Part shown: piece by piece, positions 11,846 through 25,633 of the stretch | How the letters are laid out: each line of letters begins with the position of its first letter | Position numbering within the stretch: the first letter of the stretch is position 1 | Made by a program: the position numbers and the translations under genes | From: Podarcis filfolensis | Lineage: Eukaryota | Strand: one strand, 5' to 3' | NCBI GenBank assembly: GCA_964270895.1 | Contig: OZ185443.1 | Length of the DNA stretch: 64,000 bases | The notes under the pieces: generated by a model | Told to the model about the DNA's origin: nothing | What the model saw: only the letters and a program-made list of their open reading frames with translations | Database searches by the model: none

Positions 11846-12065
11846 AGTCAGGTACTGGTCCATGATCAGAGTCAACAAAAAAGTCCTGAACAATCCAGGA
11901 GCAGGTTGTCTGAAAGACACCCCCTGGCCCTGTACAAATCTGTATTATCATTCAGGTGATCTGGGGATATTCTGCTTATGGCACTGCATCCTAGGGCTGT
12001 GACCGCAAACTGAACATTTTCAGCCATTTGTATTGCACTGTGGAATGCTCTTGCCTGCCAAATAT

Positions 12066-12160
12066 GAAGCAAAGCTTTCAAGTGTCCCGATTTTCCGGGG
12101 ATGGTCCCAAAGTTACAAAAGCTATCCTGGTTTCTGATTTGATCCCTGAATGGCCCTATT
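12066..12160 (+). mobile_element. Left end of a MITE related to the element at 33159
   Basis: TCAAGTGTCCCGATTTTCC...TTACAAAAGCTATCCTGGTTTCTGATTTGATCCC aligns with CCAAGTGTCCCTATTTTCC...TTACAAAAGCCGTCCTGGTTTTTTATTTGATCCC at about 33168. Confidence 0.6.
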
Positions 12161-15100
12161 TCCCCTGCCTGTGCCTCTGAGCTCGAGAAGGAAGATGAGC
12201 TGGTGTTGGTCCCAAGCAACAGTGGTGGCGAGGGAGCATCTTGTTGCCTTTCCCTGGCCACTGCTTCCGGCCTCCTTTCTTGTGCAGCTCACAGTGGCTG
12301 CTGGAGAGTGGGTGAGAAGGAGAGACTGCTACCCCCGAAGGCTCAGCCCCATGTGGTGTGCTGACTGAAGGGCAGGAGAAGGGCAGGGCTGCCCTGGTGG
12401 GAAGAAAGGGGGAGCAGAGAGGAGCACAAGAAGTCTTGGTGTTTTTTTGTGTGTTTTTTTAAAAAGCCCCATTGAATTCAGAAGTCCATACACCTAGAGA
12501 AGTGTGCAAAGACTTGCAGTCAAAGTCTTCTGGCCTCCATCTTGAAGGACAGGATCCACACTGAGAATATTATTATTTCTCACTGCAGATCATTGTATTG
12601 ATAAAATTGTGGCTCTGGTTCATTCCATAAATTGCCTTACACCATCATTTGAGTGAAGAGACAAAATGCTTATTTCAATAGTTGTTAAATTATCATCAAA
12701 TACCCTAGAAACAGTGTTGCTACCTTGCCCCCAAATATAGTATTTTTTAAAAAAATAATTATCCTCTATTCTTAACTAAGTACCTTCAAAGTACACCTGA
12801 AACATCAGCGAGTGTGCAGAGAAAGCTGTAGGCCTTGGTTGCATATTGTGTCTACATTTTCTAAAGGTTGCAATAATGTGTAGACAAAAAAAATGCTTGC
12901 CATTTTTAAAAACAAAATAAATTAGGTGTTTAAATTATTGACACCCCCATTAAGTGAAACAGTATCTCACTACATTTTCAATGACTTTTAAATTATACTT
13001 TATACCAGTGAAGCAAAACTTGATATTGCTCTTTACTTATAATGAAAGAAAATACCCAAGGATGATGTTGCTAAGGGCAACAGAATGTCATAAATGATCC
13101 TTCTTCTGCTAACAATATAGATGGATAGTCTGAGGTAGGTAGGTAGAAAATATGATTTGTAGCTCTCTGAGGGTTATCAGTCTTTCAAATTTTCCTGTCT
13201 TTTGTGATTTAGGAAAAGTCTGTCAATGTTTTATGACTTCGCCTTGGTCTTTCTTGCTTTGCTATTAATTCTTCTTCTTCCCAAATTCTGACTCCTATAG
13301 TTCTTAGGTGAAAGACTCCTGCAAGTAATCTCGAAGTGGTACCTATGAATTTTGCTTCTCCATACATGCTGTATCAAACATAAAGGTTCACACTTTCAAG
13401 ATATTTTCAGGAGTTGCACTTTCAGAAGTAAGCATTGCCTGGATGAAAGAAGAAATTTCATAGGGCTGGCAATGCACAGGTTGGGTCAAGATACTGTTAT
13501 ATGCTCCCCACTTCCTGAGTGTGAAAGGTTCCAGGGACTGTGCTGACCAGAACGGGTTCTTTTTGGAGGAGTTATCACTGCAAACCTGTCAAGATGTGAT
13601 TTTTTGGAGTGGTGGTGGTGGTCATATTTGGTTTATTTGCCAAATTTGTTTGACTATTGGTAGCAAAATGGTACAATGTGGAGTATTCTCGGGTCAGGAT
13701 TCCAGCCACCCAACTCCATTCCTCCCAATCCAGCTCCCAATCTCCTCTACCAATAGTCACTCACCATTCCATGGTCACTAAGCAAACTCACAACCCACTG
13801 GGCTGTTTTGAGGTCTTCCTTTTTAGGGGCTTTCTTTTCTAAATAGCTTTTGTACTGCTGCAAACCCAATGTTTCCCAAGCTGGCTGACAGCTCCTTCTT
13901 GTGCATGGATAGTCCCTTTTTAACTACATCAGGAATGATCCTCACAGCCTGAACATCAGACATGGTGACACCACCAGAGTGAATCTGACACTTTCATGGT
14001 TTAGCTTGTACCATGCCCTTCCTGCCAGGTTGCACCTCTCTCTCCCAGTAAGCAGCAGTGACCCACCTTGTTGGGACACTAGCACAGTAGCCCACCTGGT
14101 GAGACACTTCTGTCCACATTTCTTCTTCTTTTTCTAAATGCCTTATTTTGAGCAGTAGTCCGCAAGGTTTCTTCCGGTGATTCTTGAGAAAATGAATGAA
14201 AACACTGAGGGCCTTTTCCACAGCAAATTCTGCTTAAAAGTTTAAACCCAAGTTGCTCTGTGCTTAGTTGTACTCAAAACAGAGAGTGGCTAGAAAGGTG
14301 AAATACACCAAGGAGATGACAGCTATTATGCAAGCTTTGGATAGCAGTGTTTAGACTGCCAAACATCCCAATGAGACAGAATATGGGCAAATATACCACC
14401 CAGTAATATTTCCCATTCCCTTCACACTAGCATTCCATCTAGCTGCATCAGAGGTTGAATGAGTTGAATTATATAATATAAGTAATCATGTCATTGTGTC
14501 CATATTGAAGCTAAGAGCTGGAACAGGATGGGGGTGGGGAATCTTGGCTTCCACTATCTTCCGAATGCTTTCTTCCTCTCTGTGTCTTCCAGTTTTTAAG
14601 ACTGCTTTAATGGATACAGCAGTCCTTCTAATCCCCCTGTTCTGAAAATAACAATAATTCTGTCGTGAGTTGCTTTCTTTCATATTTTAGAACAGCAAGA
14701 CAGTAAAGAAACTGTGGTGGAGCTATGCATATTTGATACATAAAAGAAGACTTTAACACTTGCTGTTCATGTTCACTAGAGCAGCAAGAGGACTCTGTAA
14801 GGCCCTGTGTATTGTTGCTTTCCTCATGACAGTCACAGGAGCCCTGCATCTGTTTTCAAAGTAAATGCCATTTTTATTGATCACAAATGATAGATCTGCA
14901 TTTGAAAGGTGAGCTTGATATAAGCTGCTTCTAATTTCTCAGTGACAAATATTTAGATGCTGTGCTGAAACTCTCTCCTTCACTCTGAGAAATGGTCAGA
15001 CTGCAAATGTATCATACTTAGCCCAATACAGATGCTAGATTTCAAATGAGACATTTTATCCTTGCAGCAAATATGTTTACTGTTTAAAGAACTTGGTAGG

Positions 15101-16705
15101 TTCATAGGGATGACAACGACAACCCCAAATCTGTCTAGCTGCTGTTTATTGCTACTAGAACATTCTCATACTGCTGATAATTGTTTGGGACTTTGACTAG
15201 ATTTTGATGAGTTTGTCTTTCTGTGAAGAGTCTAATGTGCTAGGTTAAATGGAAAATGAGCATGGTAGGGCTTTCTATGACAGGCAGTTTATGCAAACAA
15301 ACCATGGTTTTTTGGCACCCTCACTTTAACCTTATTTGTTACAAATAATCCACACAAGATTTTCACACAAAAATATTTATAGATTTCTCCTGAGCAGTAA
15401 GCTAATTATAACAATACATCCTTACCAATTAAATAATATTTTAAAACTCTGTAGTCAAGGTTCTCATCTGTAAAAATATATAGGCAAGATATATACGAAT
15501 GAATTTTAATGTTTTTAACATGTGTGTATATGTGACACCAACCCACACCCACACACTGTTATTTCTAATACAGTAACTTTATTTGAATTCATTTGTAGTT
15601 TGAAGGATCTCAATGTGAGCAAAAGCAGCAAAGTCTGACAAGATGAAAGCTCCTGTCAAAGTCAATGTAAACTTGACTTTTCTGCAGAGCTCAAAGTGCG
15701 CTGAAGATTAAGGTAGATTCAGGTCTCAGAGCCAGGATGACTTTGAAAGTGCATATATAAAAAGCTTGGGGGTGGGGAGGACATTCCTGTACTTAGAATT
15801 CTTTCGGGAAGAGTGTCATTTTATCTGTGTATTAAAACAGTTTTCTAAAATACTCTTCACAATGATGTAGCCTTACTGCCTGAAAAAAGGACTTAACTGC
15901 CTGTGTTTATCTTTGTTCCACTCTGCAAAGTAAGATTAACAATAGGCGCATGTGCAAATAGCACATTTCTTTGTCATTTTTCAGGAAGGTTCTGTTATAC
16001 TGAGTAAGATTGTGACTGACCCTGCAAGATTTAAGTGGAGGAAACCAAACCTTACAAATCCTGCTTCATCCCCTTGCTGCTGCAGTAATTCAAAGGGACA
16101 TGCGAAGTGGACAGAAAGAAGACAGCCACCTTAGCAGTATCACACAGTATTTCAAGTATTTCAATTCACATGAGCCTGCCTGAGGCTCAATGGAGGAGCT
16201 GAAGTGTCAAGAACTTCATGTTTAAAAAAATGCTGAATGGAATATAGTTGCGATGATTAGGAAGGTTGATGAAATTCTTGCCATTCTAATCACTCCTAGA
16301 TTTTGGGATTATAAATTATCTGGCATTGTTTCTGGAACTAATTATATATTTGTGATCCGCTGTCCACATAATTTAGCACCATTTATTAAGGCCTAGAAGT
16401 CAAACCCTTAAGATTCCCAATTTGCTGCACTTTAGTGAAAGAAAGCATTGTCTTCAAAGTCAGTCGTGGAGAGAAGAGCCTACTCTTTCCCCCCAAAAGG
16501 TCAACTCCTAACACCAGCTGGTAGCACCTGCACTGAATTAATTGGTCAAAAGCTGGATACTGCAGTAGTCAAAAAAGTACTGCAAAGTGAGATGGGCTGT
16601 TTCATTTAACATATGCCAATTCCCATATTAATTTTAGAAATTCTCCAGGTTCCATTGGAAGACAGGAACTCACAGAACAATTACAAAATGGAAAGGAGGA
16701 TATCC

Positions 16706-17500
16706 AGTCATTCATGGGATCCTCCTAAATCGAGGGTCCTGGTTGCACTTGGGACCCTTAAGCCACCCCCACTGGGTGTGTTGTTGCTAGGCATGGCCCA
16801 AGCCTTGTCTGTTGGCCCCCGGGATCGCACTTGGCTGTTTGGGCCAATTGGGGCAAGTGGCCTGATCCTGGGGACCTATAAATGTGGCAGCGGGATAGGG
16901 GTGGGGCACTTGCTTCGTGCTGCCGAACACCCTCCCTCCCTCCCTATTTTAGGTGCTGCTGCTTTGGCCTTGCTTTGGATTGTGTCGCCTGCTTTCAAGC
17001 AGGGGCTGGGTAGGAATTTTTCCATTTTGCAGATTGACTTTAGCCACTTGGTTTTCACCTACCCCCTTAGCGATAGTCACAACTTCGTAAGGTTTGGTGG
17101 TTAGGCACTGGTTTATAGAAATGTGTGGGAGGGGATGTGTGGCCATCTCCTGCCCCTCCAGAAATAGGGTATTCCAGTAAAGGAATCTGGGGGTCCTGGA
17201 TCTCGTCCGAAGTCCGCTTGAGGGGCTAGGGCCATGCCAGGACCACAGGAACCCCAGGATGAGCTTCGATCGATCTTCACCGATGTTGCTCCCTCTTTTG
17301 GTGTTTATCCTTTCAGACTGCCAGCCAGAGAGGCAGAAGGCCGTTATAGTCCCTGACCAATTCCTAGGCCAATACCGCTCAATTTGTTTTGTAATCAATA
17401 AAGTTGTGGCCTAAATTTTGCCTAAAAACTTAAACTAAAATTATGTGTCTGTTTGAAGTTATTTACTGGGAAAGGGCTTGGGGGCCTTGGGGCGCAACTA
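16706..17500 (+). mobile_element. Solo LTR, family A copy 1
   Basis: CCAAT/ATTGG boxes, TATAAA at 16877 and AATAAAGTTGTGGCC at 17397 about 100 bp before the end. Homologous to 25634, 27986 and 34436. No TSD identified. Confidence 0.7.
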
Positions 17501-17913
17501 CTGAGTACAGTACTGAAGGGAAATGAGGCCAATTGGGACGAATGACATGACAGGGGAAATGTAAAAATCGCCAAACATTTCCAGTGATTGCAAGAGGACA
17601 GTTCTTCCTGAAGTTCCACAACCCTGAGATTAAGAGTCTCAAAAAACACAGTGAATACTTTTAGCCAGCTCCTGATACAAATGTGTTGATTACTACAGTC
17701 AGACTTCTTGGCTGACAGAATTTTCTACACACATTACCACATTTGTTTGGCACCTCTGCCTTTTTAATTGAATTATCAGAATCCATTCCCCTTCCTGAGA
17801 ATGAATTGCTGTATCCACATTGTGCAGAAAGCACACCCATCTTAGTGCTTGAACTGAGCTTCTTTAAAGATCCCCGAAGATTCAAAGAGAACAGTTCCTT
17901 TCTCATCAGAATG

Positions 17914-18146
17914 CAGTGGTACCTTGGATTACAAACTTAATCCATTCTGGAAGTCCATTCTTAAACCAAAGCGTTCTTAAACCAAGGTGTGCTTTCCCAT
18001 AGCAAATGGAACACACTCAACAGGAAGCGAAACATGTTCTTATTCAAAGGCAAAGTTGACAAACCAAAGCACCTACTTCTGGGTTTGCAGTGTTTTAAAT
18101 CCAAGTTGTTCATAAATTAAGCTGTTCTTAAACCAAGGCACCACTG
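17914..18146. mobile_element. pogo/Tigger-type MITE
   Basis: TIRs CAGTGGTACCTTGG / CCAAGGCACCACTG; flanked by TG (probable mutated TA) and TA; repeated TTCTTAAACCAA motifs. Confidence 0.85.
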
Positions 18147-18501
18147 TACGTGGAAACATTCATGTTCTCCTTTTTTACATACTTATATTAGGTACAGTAG
18201 TAACTACAATATTGTTTGGTTGACATGGAGAGCAGAGAACTATAAACCCTACAGAACTATATACCCTACAGGGCCAGAAAAGACTGAGGGGAGAGAGTGA
18301 TGGATGCTTTCTGTGATGTGCACATGTTAAGTGGTCACATTGATCTGTCTTGGTGTGGTCACTCTAATACTATCCATATCCTTCAGCCTAGTGCTAGTTT
18401 AATCGCCCCCATTTATATATTAGTTGCCTTTCACATAAATCTCAATGAAATTCAAATAATACAATAAAAACAATATGAATAAACACCCAGGATCGAGGTA
18501 G

Positions 18502-18503
<2 letters not shown>

Positions 18504-18544
<41 letters not shown>
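18504..18544. repeat. (TG)n microsatellite
   Basis: About 20 TG units, seen directly. Confidence 0.95.
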
Positions 18545-18545
<1 letters not shown>

Positions 18546-21202
18546 TCCACCTGGAAAAGCTTCTTGTTTGATATATTTGACATATAAGATTTTACAGATC
18601 AAGTAGTTCATTTTCTCGCTGCAGCCAACTCTACTTTCTAGTCACTTATCAGACACGAAGTTATAATTACTTCCATTTTTCATATTATGAACTGCATAGG
18701 ACTTGGAGACTTTAAATTTTTAAAAAAGTATCAAAAGAAGTAACTATAAGAAGAGTGACAGTGCCTAGAGTAACATAACTGACACATTTCTTTTCTACAC
18801 ATTTTCAATGATTTCCCTTATTATAAAAAGAAATGAGCTCTCTGGATGATAATGTCTTTCAAACCCAAATTTTAACAGGTTTTAAGCATGCAAAAGCTGT
18901 TACTTTAAAAAATGTCCCTCTATAATTCATTTTCATTATTCCATTCTTTAATGGCAAATGTTTCCTTAAACTGAAGAGAAGAAGACTTAAGAGCATGTTT
19001 AGAAATAATGACGCAGTCTAATACATTTAAATATTAGATATGCCCAAAATGTAGGTGCTTCTTAAAATGAAAGCAGCAGCAGTAGCTCCTGACAATCTGA
19101 AACGTGAGATTGCCAAAAACCAGATACACCTACATCATGGATGAAATGGTTGGATGAAATACATGCAAAAACAAAGCTAGCAGTCAGCATCCTTAGACAA
19201 TGGCTGGGACCATAGCACTCTAGAATGTTCTACTTAAAATTCTTCTTGCTTAAGTTTCCCATTGCCCCACCTACTTAAGCAGGAAAACAGTGAAAGGCTG
19301 GCACTACCACCAGTCAGCTGTCCTGATTTGGCTCACTGGTCCTGACTGGGTCCAGAGAGGGCAAACAAAGGTATAGTTGGATGTCCTCTGCCTATTTATG
19401 ACACCTCATTCCAAATCCCCTGGTGATGGCTCCCTATGGCTCAATATGGCATTTAAATAGCCTGGAAGACAAGATCAAACCAGTGAGATTCCCATGGAGC
19501 TGAACAGCAGCCTCCTATTGCTACTCTCTGAAGCCAACCCTGGAGGTAGAAGCAGAACCTGCAAAGCTTCATCTCCAACTCTCAATCCATGGAGGCACTT
19601 GTTGTTAATGGAGGCAATGGCCCAGGTACATCGTACGTTAGCTGCAGGGCTCTCCTCTTAGTTGAACGGGTTTAATTTATAGTAAGAAGGAGGAAAGTTC
19701 CCATATTAAATCTCTAATCACTCAGAGCTCCTTGCAATCTTCCTTGGGCTTTACTAGACTATATAGTACTGCATATTCTTTGTCAATTTAATAATACATG
19801 GAGGAAATGGTTAAAAATAATGACAGAGCCTTCAGAATTTGGGTGAACATTCACAGCTGACTAGTAAGTAAGAGAGATTTTTCTCTGGACACCCCCCTCC
19901 AGTTTTTCATATCTGAACATTAATAGATGTAGTAGGCCATCCCAAGTAGCATCCTAGGCATATTTACTCAGAAGTAAACCATAGTCCATAGGGCTTGCTT
20001 TCAGGTAAGCATGCATAGAGGATTAGAGCCCCAGCACATATTTTGGAATGTTAAAGTCTTAAAATATTCTGCAGGTATAATCCTAGAGGCCACATTATCT
20101 GTTTGCTGTTTCCATAGAGAGTTGCAGAAAACTACATCATGGTAAAAATGGTGGATGAAACTTAGGCTGTAAACATAGGTTCCAACTTGCCAGAGAGTTA
20201 CTTGCTACTAGATCTGTATCGGATTGTTCTTTTAGTAATTGTCCTATTATAGAAGCAGAAGCAGGATAATTACACAGCCACTTAACTTTGTTTTATAGAT
20301 ACAAATGAGCCTTCTGCTGAACTGCATGACGCAGGAGAGAAACACCCATGATAAGTTTGTTACTGTGAACAGATTCCACGGTTACTTTCCAAAGAAGAAT
20401 GGTGATCTGTAACTCAATAGTGGCAACACTTCATTAACAGATGATATAACAAGTGAAAAGAAAGTTAAAACTATAGCCTTTAACTATGTGAAATAATTTG
20501 TCTTTGACCCATGTTTTTGTCCTTTTGTTTCTGTAACAATGACTTTTATATTAAAACCCAGTTCCCTGTAGAAAAGCAGCCCATATTTCCTCTGTTGGCA
20601 TAAAACATCCTTTTTTTACATTTCTGCCAGGGGACTATAGTTCAAGAATATTGACCTAGTTTCAGGCTACAGTAGAAATATGTGCATTCAGCAGAATAAA
20701 ATGGGTGTGTCATCAGGTGAATAAATGAATGAAACTTCAGGTCCTCTATCTCTCCCAGTATTCACATATCTTCAATTTTAGTGAAAATGTGTCCTTTCCA
20801 GATGAAGAAAGCATGACATTGGAGCAGATAGAGACAGAGATACATATTTTAAAAATGTTCTGCTGGTGGAAATCCAGGTTAGGATACCTTACAGTCTCCC
20901 AGCCAACCAGAAGTCTGAGAATGGCTGTTTCATATCCATAAGCTGATGGCAGAACAGTCCAGAAGTTCTTTTATGAATTTGAATAAACCATCACACAATA
21001 TATGAATTGGCATATGGAAATAGCTTCATTTTTAAAGAGAAACATTAACTAATCTTTACAACCTTTGACAGAAAGATGAAGGGATCAGTTTTTTTTTTCT
21101 TTTTGAAATGACTCATAGGGACATGAGGAGCAAATGAAAAACTGCCAGTGCAAATGCTACTGACAATTCCAGTACGGTTGAGGAGATACATGGTTATCTC
21201 TG

Positions 21203-21522
21203 TGAAATATACTCAGAGTCCTGTAGTGATTTCATGCTCTTTATTGCAGCTTGTAAAACAGTGATTGAATTGCCCCCCAAACCTCAGGCTTTTATATACA
21301 TTATTTACACAATGAGTCCCTTCTGATTCTGCTTCCCTCCTGGAGCCTGATTGGCCTTTTCCTGCAGGCCAATCAGTTGTTGCATTCTATGATCCTACCA
21401 GCCTAATAGGCTGATTAACTTCTTCCTGGAGCCTGATTGGTCATCTCCTGCAAGCCAATCAGTTGTTGCATTCTAGGATCCTACCTGACTATTGTTCTAG
21501 AATCCAAGGTTAGTACATAACA
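21203..21522 (-). mobile_element. Solo LTR (family B), 320 bp
   Basis: TG...CA termini; 5-bp TSD CTCTG (21198-21202, 21523-21527). On the minus strand: duplicated CCAAT module, then TATA (21291-21298), then AATAAA (21240-21245). Confidence 0.85.
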
Positions 21523-21781
21523 CTCTGTCAGGTTGGGCTTCAGGCACCGGCATCCATTTTGCATTGTGCATGTGAATATGAATATGTGTGACTTGAAGAA
21601 GATTTACTGTGTGTTCACAGCATATATTAAAAAACATTACAAACTGTAATTTGTTATGAGTGCTGGGAAATCTAGTTCTGTGAGGAATAAGATCTCAGGA
21701 TTATTTTGGGGGAGCCAAAATAAGGAAGAAGTGTGGCTTCCTTCTGCTTTTTTTTTTTTTTTTGGCACCTACTCCAACTGA

Positions 21782-22131
21782 GGGACGCAGGTGGCGCTGT
21801 GGGTTAAACCACAAAGCCTAGGACTTGCTGATCAGAAGGTTGGCAGTTCGAATCTCCGCGACGGGGTGAGCTCCCGTTCCTCGGTCCCTGCTCCTGCCCA
21901 CCTAGCAGTTCAAAAGCATGTCAAAGTGCAAGTAGATAAATAGGTACTGCTCTGGCAGGAAGGTAAACTGCGTTTCCGTGCGCTGCTCTGGTTCGCCAGA
22001 AGCGGCTTAATCATGCTGGCCACATGACCCGGAAGCTGTACGCCGGCTCCCTCGGCCAATAAAGCGAGATGAGTGCCGCAACCCCAGAGTCGGCCACGAC
22101 TGGACCTAATGGTCAGGGGTCCCTTTACCTT
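21782..22131 (+). mobile_element. Sauria SINE (young, full length)
   Basis: tRNA-like head GGGACGCAGGTGGCGCTGTGGGTTAAACC, B box GGCAGTTCGAATC, tail GGGGTCCCTTTACCTTTA; TSD TACTCCAA(C/A)TGA at 21770-21781 and 22132-22143. Confidence 0.95.
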
Positions 22132-23908
22132 TACTCCAAATGAAGCATTAAGTACACTCCACCCTGCTTTTTTCTGTTCCCCTCGTGATTTTTTCCTAAA
22201 GGCAGCCATGGTATTCATCCATTAATAATGTTTCTAAGATTTATTAAACAATCTGGGAGTTGTTTGTTGTTGTTGTTCTTGTTAAAGATAGTGTGGAACC
22301 TCAAGCTCTTCACACAGGTCCCAAAGATACTCAGAAAGCCAGGAGGCTGCTGATCTTCAGAAACTCCTGGTGTACTCCACCCTTGGACCCAGTACCTTTG
22401 ATAACAAACAGTGTCTCTCTTCCCTTACTTTAGTAAATGTATAAATGATTGATGCTTTTTTTCTGCTCTAAAGTTATTTGATGTATATGTAAAAACTCTG
22501 GACAAAATAGGGAAGTGACTGATTATATTACCACAGGGTCAGGTATTCAGAACACTGCTTCTTCTCTTTAAAAGAGGAGAAACTGGTTGTGTCCATGGTT
22601 AATTAATTTTGAAAGTTTGTCTGGCCCATAAGGGGTGACTGCAGATAACAGAAAACTGACCCCTTGATATTCGTACATATATCAGGATGGACAATGTGGA
22701 TGGTTTGTAAATGTCCAAAACGAGCCTTGTGCAACAAACCTTTCAGATATTTTACTAGGCCAAGAACCCCTGATAATTAACTGACCAACGTTCAACAAGG
22801 CCCAAGGAAAAAATGATGAAATCAAGCTTTATTCACTGGTTCATCTCAAGAGACACTGTGACCTAATTTGATTATTGGTGTTGATAAATCTTTTCTTGGT
22901 AATAGCAGAATTTGCTGGGATAGACTGGAAAATATCTAGAATAGTGAAGATTATTTTTTTTTTGCACATTTTATTTTATTTAGTTTATCTCTCCTTTCTG
23001 CCTCTTGCAAACTGATCTGTGCAAGTTCTTTGCCAATTGTTTTTATTCTATAAAAAAAATTAGTCATCTTGGGTGTTATTGTTTTTTAAACAGTAGAGTG
23101 GGGCATGGATATTCTTAATTGCTTAATAAACAAGGCAACTTCCCACCCAATCACCACAGATCATTCTACACAATTCAGACAGCTGGTAGTACTGCAGAAG
23201 GGTCAACATGAGCATGACTCATTCTGATATGCCACAGTATTGGAAAAGGCAACCAAACCAAACCAAAAACCCTCGTCTGTGTTGTTGGCTCCAAGTCTGA
23301 AGTATGAGATTTATTATCTCTCCTAATATTTAGTTTGTAAAATGTTAACTTGGGATGTCCTGATTTATCTTTAGAATGCCATTCTTCTTGAGTGTGCTTG
23401 CAGTAAAGGATAATTCAAAATGAGAAATGGCAACAACATTTGTCAATGTCTGGACAGTTCCCTCTTTTATTTAAATGGCATGATCCAACAGAAGAAAAAG
23501 CAAAGCAGAAAAGCGCAATGCAGGAGCTGAGATTTCAGGGCCTCCACCTGGTCGGTTTGTATTGCAGCGACCTCCTTGGTACACAGGGGTGTGAATTTGC
23601 ACACAGGGACTGCTCTGGTCTATGAATACAGAGGTTGGCGAGGTGTAAGGTGTAATGGTTAGGCAGACTTGGTAAACAGAGCAAACAGGGGCAGTAGCCC
23701 CTCGTCATAATAATATAGTTGGATTTTGACTCAAGGGCCACATTACTAGTCACTCCATCACTGCCTGAGCCTTACTGAGGATAGAGGTCTATTCCACATA
23801 AAGTGTGTGCAAGATTCTCTCTTTTATTCTGCTCTTCCTCCAATTTGCTATACCATTCTTGGCTCACAAATGCATATTGAGATACTATGTATCTATGTCT
23901 ATGTAGTG

Positions 23909-24270
23909 GGGACGCGGGTGGCGCTGTGGTCTAAACCACTGAACCTAGGGCTTGCCGATTGGAAGGTCAGCAGTTTGAATCCCTGCAATGGGGTGAGCTC
24001 CTGTTGCTCGGTTCCAGCTCCTAAACTACCTAGCAGTTTGAAAGCATGCCAAGTGCAAGTAGATAAATAGATACCACTCCGACGGGAAGGCAAACGGCGT
24101 TTCCATGCGCTGCTCTGGTTTCACCAGAAGCAGCTTAGACATGCTGGCCACATGACCTATTAAAACTGTCTGTCGACAAATGGAGGCTCTGTTGGCCCGA
24201 AAAGCGAGATGAGCGCCGCAACCCCAGAGTCGTCTGCGACTGGACTTAACTGTCAGGGGTCCTTTACCTT
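23909..24270 (+). mobile_element. Sauria SINE (full length)
   Basis: GGGACGCGGGTGGCGCTGTGGTCTAAACC ... GGGGTCCTTTACCTT; colinear with the 21782 copy. Confidence 0.95.
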
Positions 24271-25359
24271 AAACAACAAGAACAAAAAAGAATTCAGAAA
24301 CAAGACAAAACAGTCCTGCGCATGAAATTGGCATGAATTAGAAACAGGCTGATCTATTCATTTCTAAATGTAAGTGATATATTTCCTGCACTGTCCAAGT
24401 CCCAGTTCTGCTGCACACTATTCATATTAATTTTCTGGTGTGTACACCACTGTGGTGTATCTAACAATGGCGACTGTCTTGGAAAATCAATAAAAAAATT
24501 TGAAAAAAACAACAACAATGGTGACTGTCAATACCTGCTGCTGTGCCAGTACAAGACCCTGTGTTTAAAAGCTACAAACTAAAACATTTCACCAGTGTGG
24601 AAGTTGCACTATGATTTGCCAGAGCTGCAGCTCATAGCACTAGGTCATTTGCATGTTTGATTTATTTAGTTAGTTAGTTTTTACAACATTGCACCCAAAA
24701 AAAATGTTATAAAAGTAATACATTCTAAACATCGGGGATTTGCAGATAAAATGTACAGTATAAAATAAACTGGGGTCTTTCTGCAGTTTAACTTGCACAG
24801 GGATTATATATATTTGCTGTATGTTTCTACTGCTCATGGAAATGTCTTCAGAGAGGATATCTTGGATCATGAGAATTCAAATCCAAAGCTATTGTATTTT
24901 CAAAGCCTCATATTCTATGCAAATTTAAATTGAATTATGCAGTTAAGCTATGGGACTTGAACATCCTTTCTTATGTGAAATGAAAAGAAACGGCTTTCAG
25001 TAAAATCACTGTAACAATCTGGCTTTAATCCACAAACAGGAGAATAAGTGGCCATTAGTTTGCTTCTTTGGGGCATTGCATATAGTTTTGCAAGGGTTAG
25101 GAATCTCAGAATTATGTATTGACATAGAAATAGCTGTTACAGTTCCCCTGAAAACTGATTTTAACATTTCCAAAATCATGCTCGCAATTATTTTGGTCCA
25201 CTTATTTGGAAGTGGACCAAGTAATTCCTGTTGAAATCATTGGCAGGTATTACTAAATCAGGGAGTTTAGACCCAGATGCAAGGCTGAAATGCTCACTTC
25301 ATTTCCTGCAGAATAGCACTGCCAAATTCATAACTCTAATCAATACCTGTTTACTCAGA

Positions 25360-25520
25360 GTAGGGATGGGAAAATCTGCTCTCATTTTTTCCCCAATCTG
25401 CAATTCAGCTCCGCACATCTCCACATCAGTCTGCAATTTTTCCTTATGAATGTTTGTCAGCATTTTAGTGCAAATTTCTCATAACACATAATTGTGCATG
25501 CAGTTTTGACTACTGTACTA
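25360..25520. mobile_element. Old DNA-transposon (hAT-like) remnant, left end
   Basis: Begins AGGGATGGGAAAATCTG; similar terminal motif to the end at 9172. Confidence 0.35.
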
Positions 25521-25633
25521 TACATATTTTTATGCTGCCATGTTCTGCCTTCTCTTGCCATGGCACAGTTACACCACAAATGAATGCTTTGGAGTGCCTG
25601 AAATTAATTAAAGTTCTGTTGTAGGTAGAACAG

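Noticed and set aside
13061-13136. C/D snoRNA-like (ATGATGT ... CTGA) and let-7-like TGAGGTAG
   Set aside because: The C box is imperfect and there is no terminal stem. The let-7 similarity stops after the seed and there is no hairpin partner.
16613-17104. 163-aa ORF
   Set aside because: Mostly inside solo LTR copy 1, not conserved in frame in the other copies, and no domain is recognisable.
19060-19210. RTE-like peptide SWMKWLDEIHAKTKL
   Set aside because: Only a short, weak resemblance to the RTE C-terminus; not enough to call.
20802-20877. Exon-like segment reading DEESMTLEQIETEIHILKMFCWWKS, superficially kinase alpha-C-like
   Set aside because: No other kinase subdomain exons in the window and the downstream residues do not fit.
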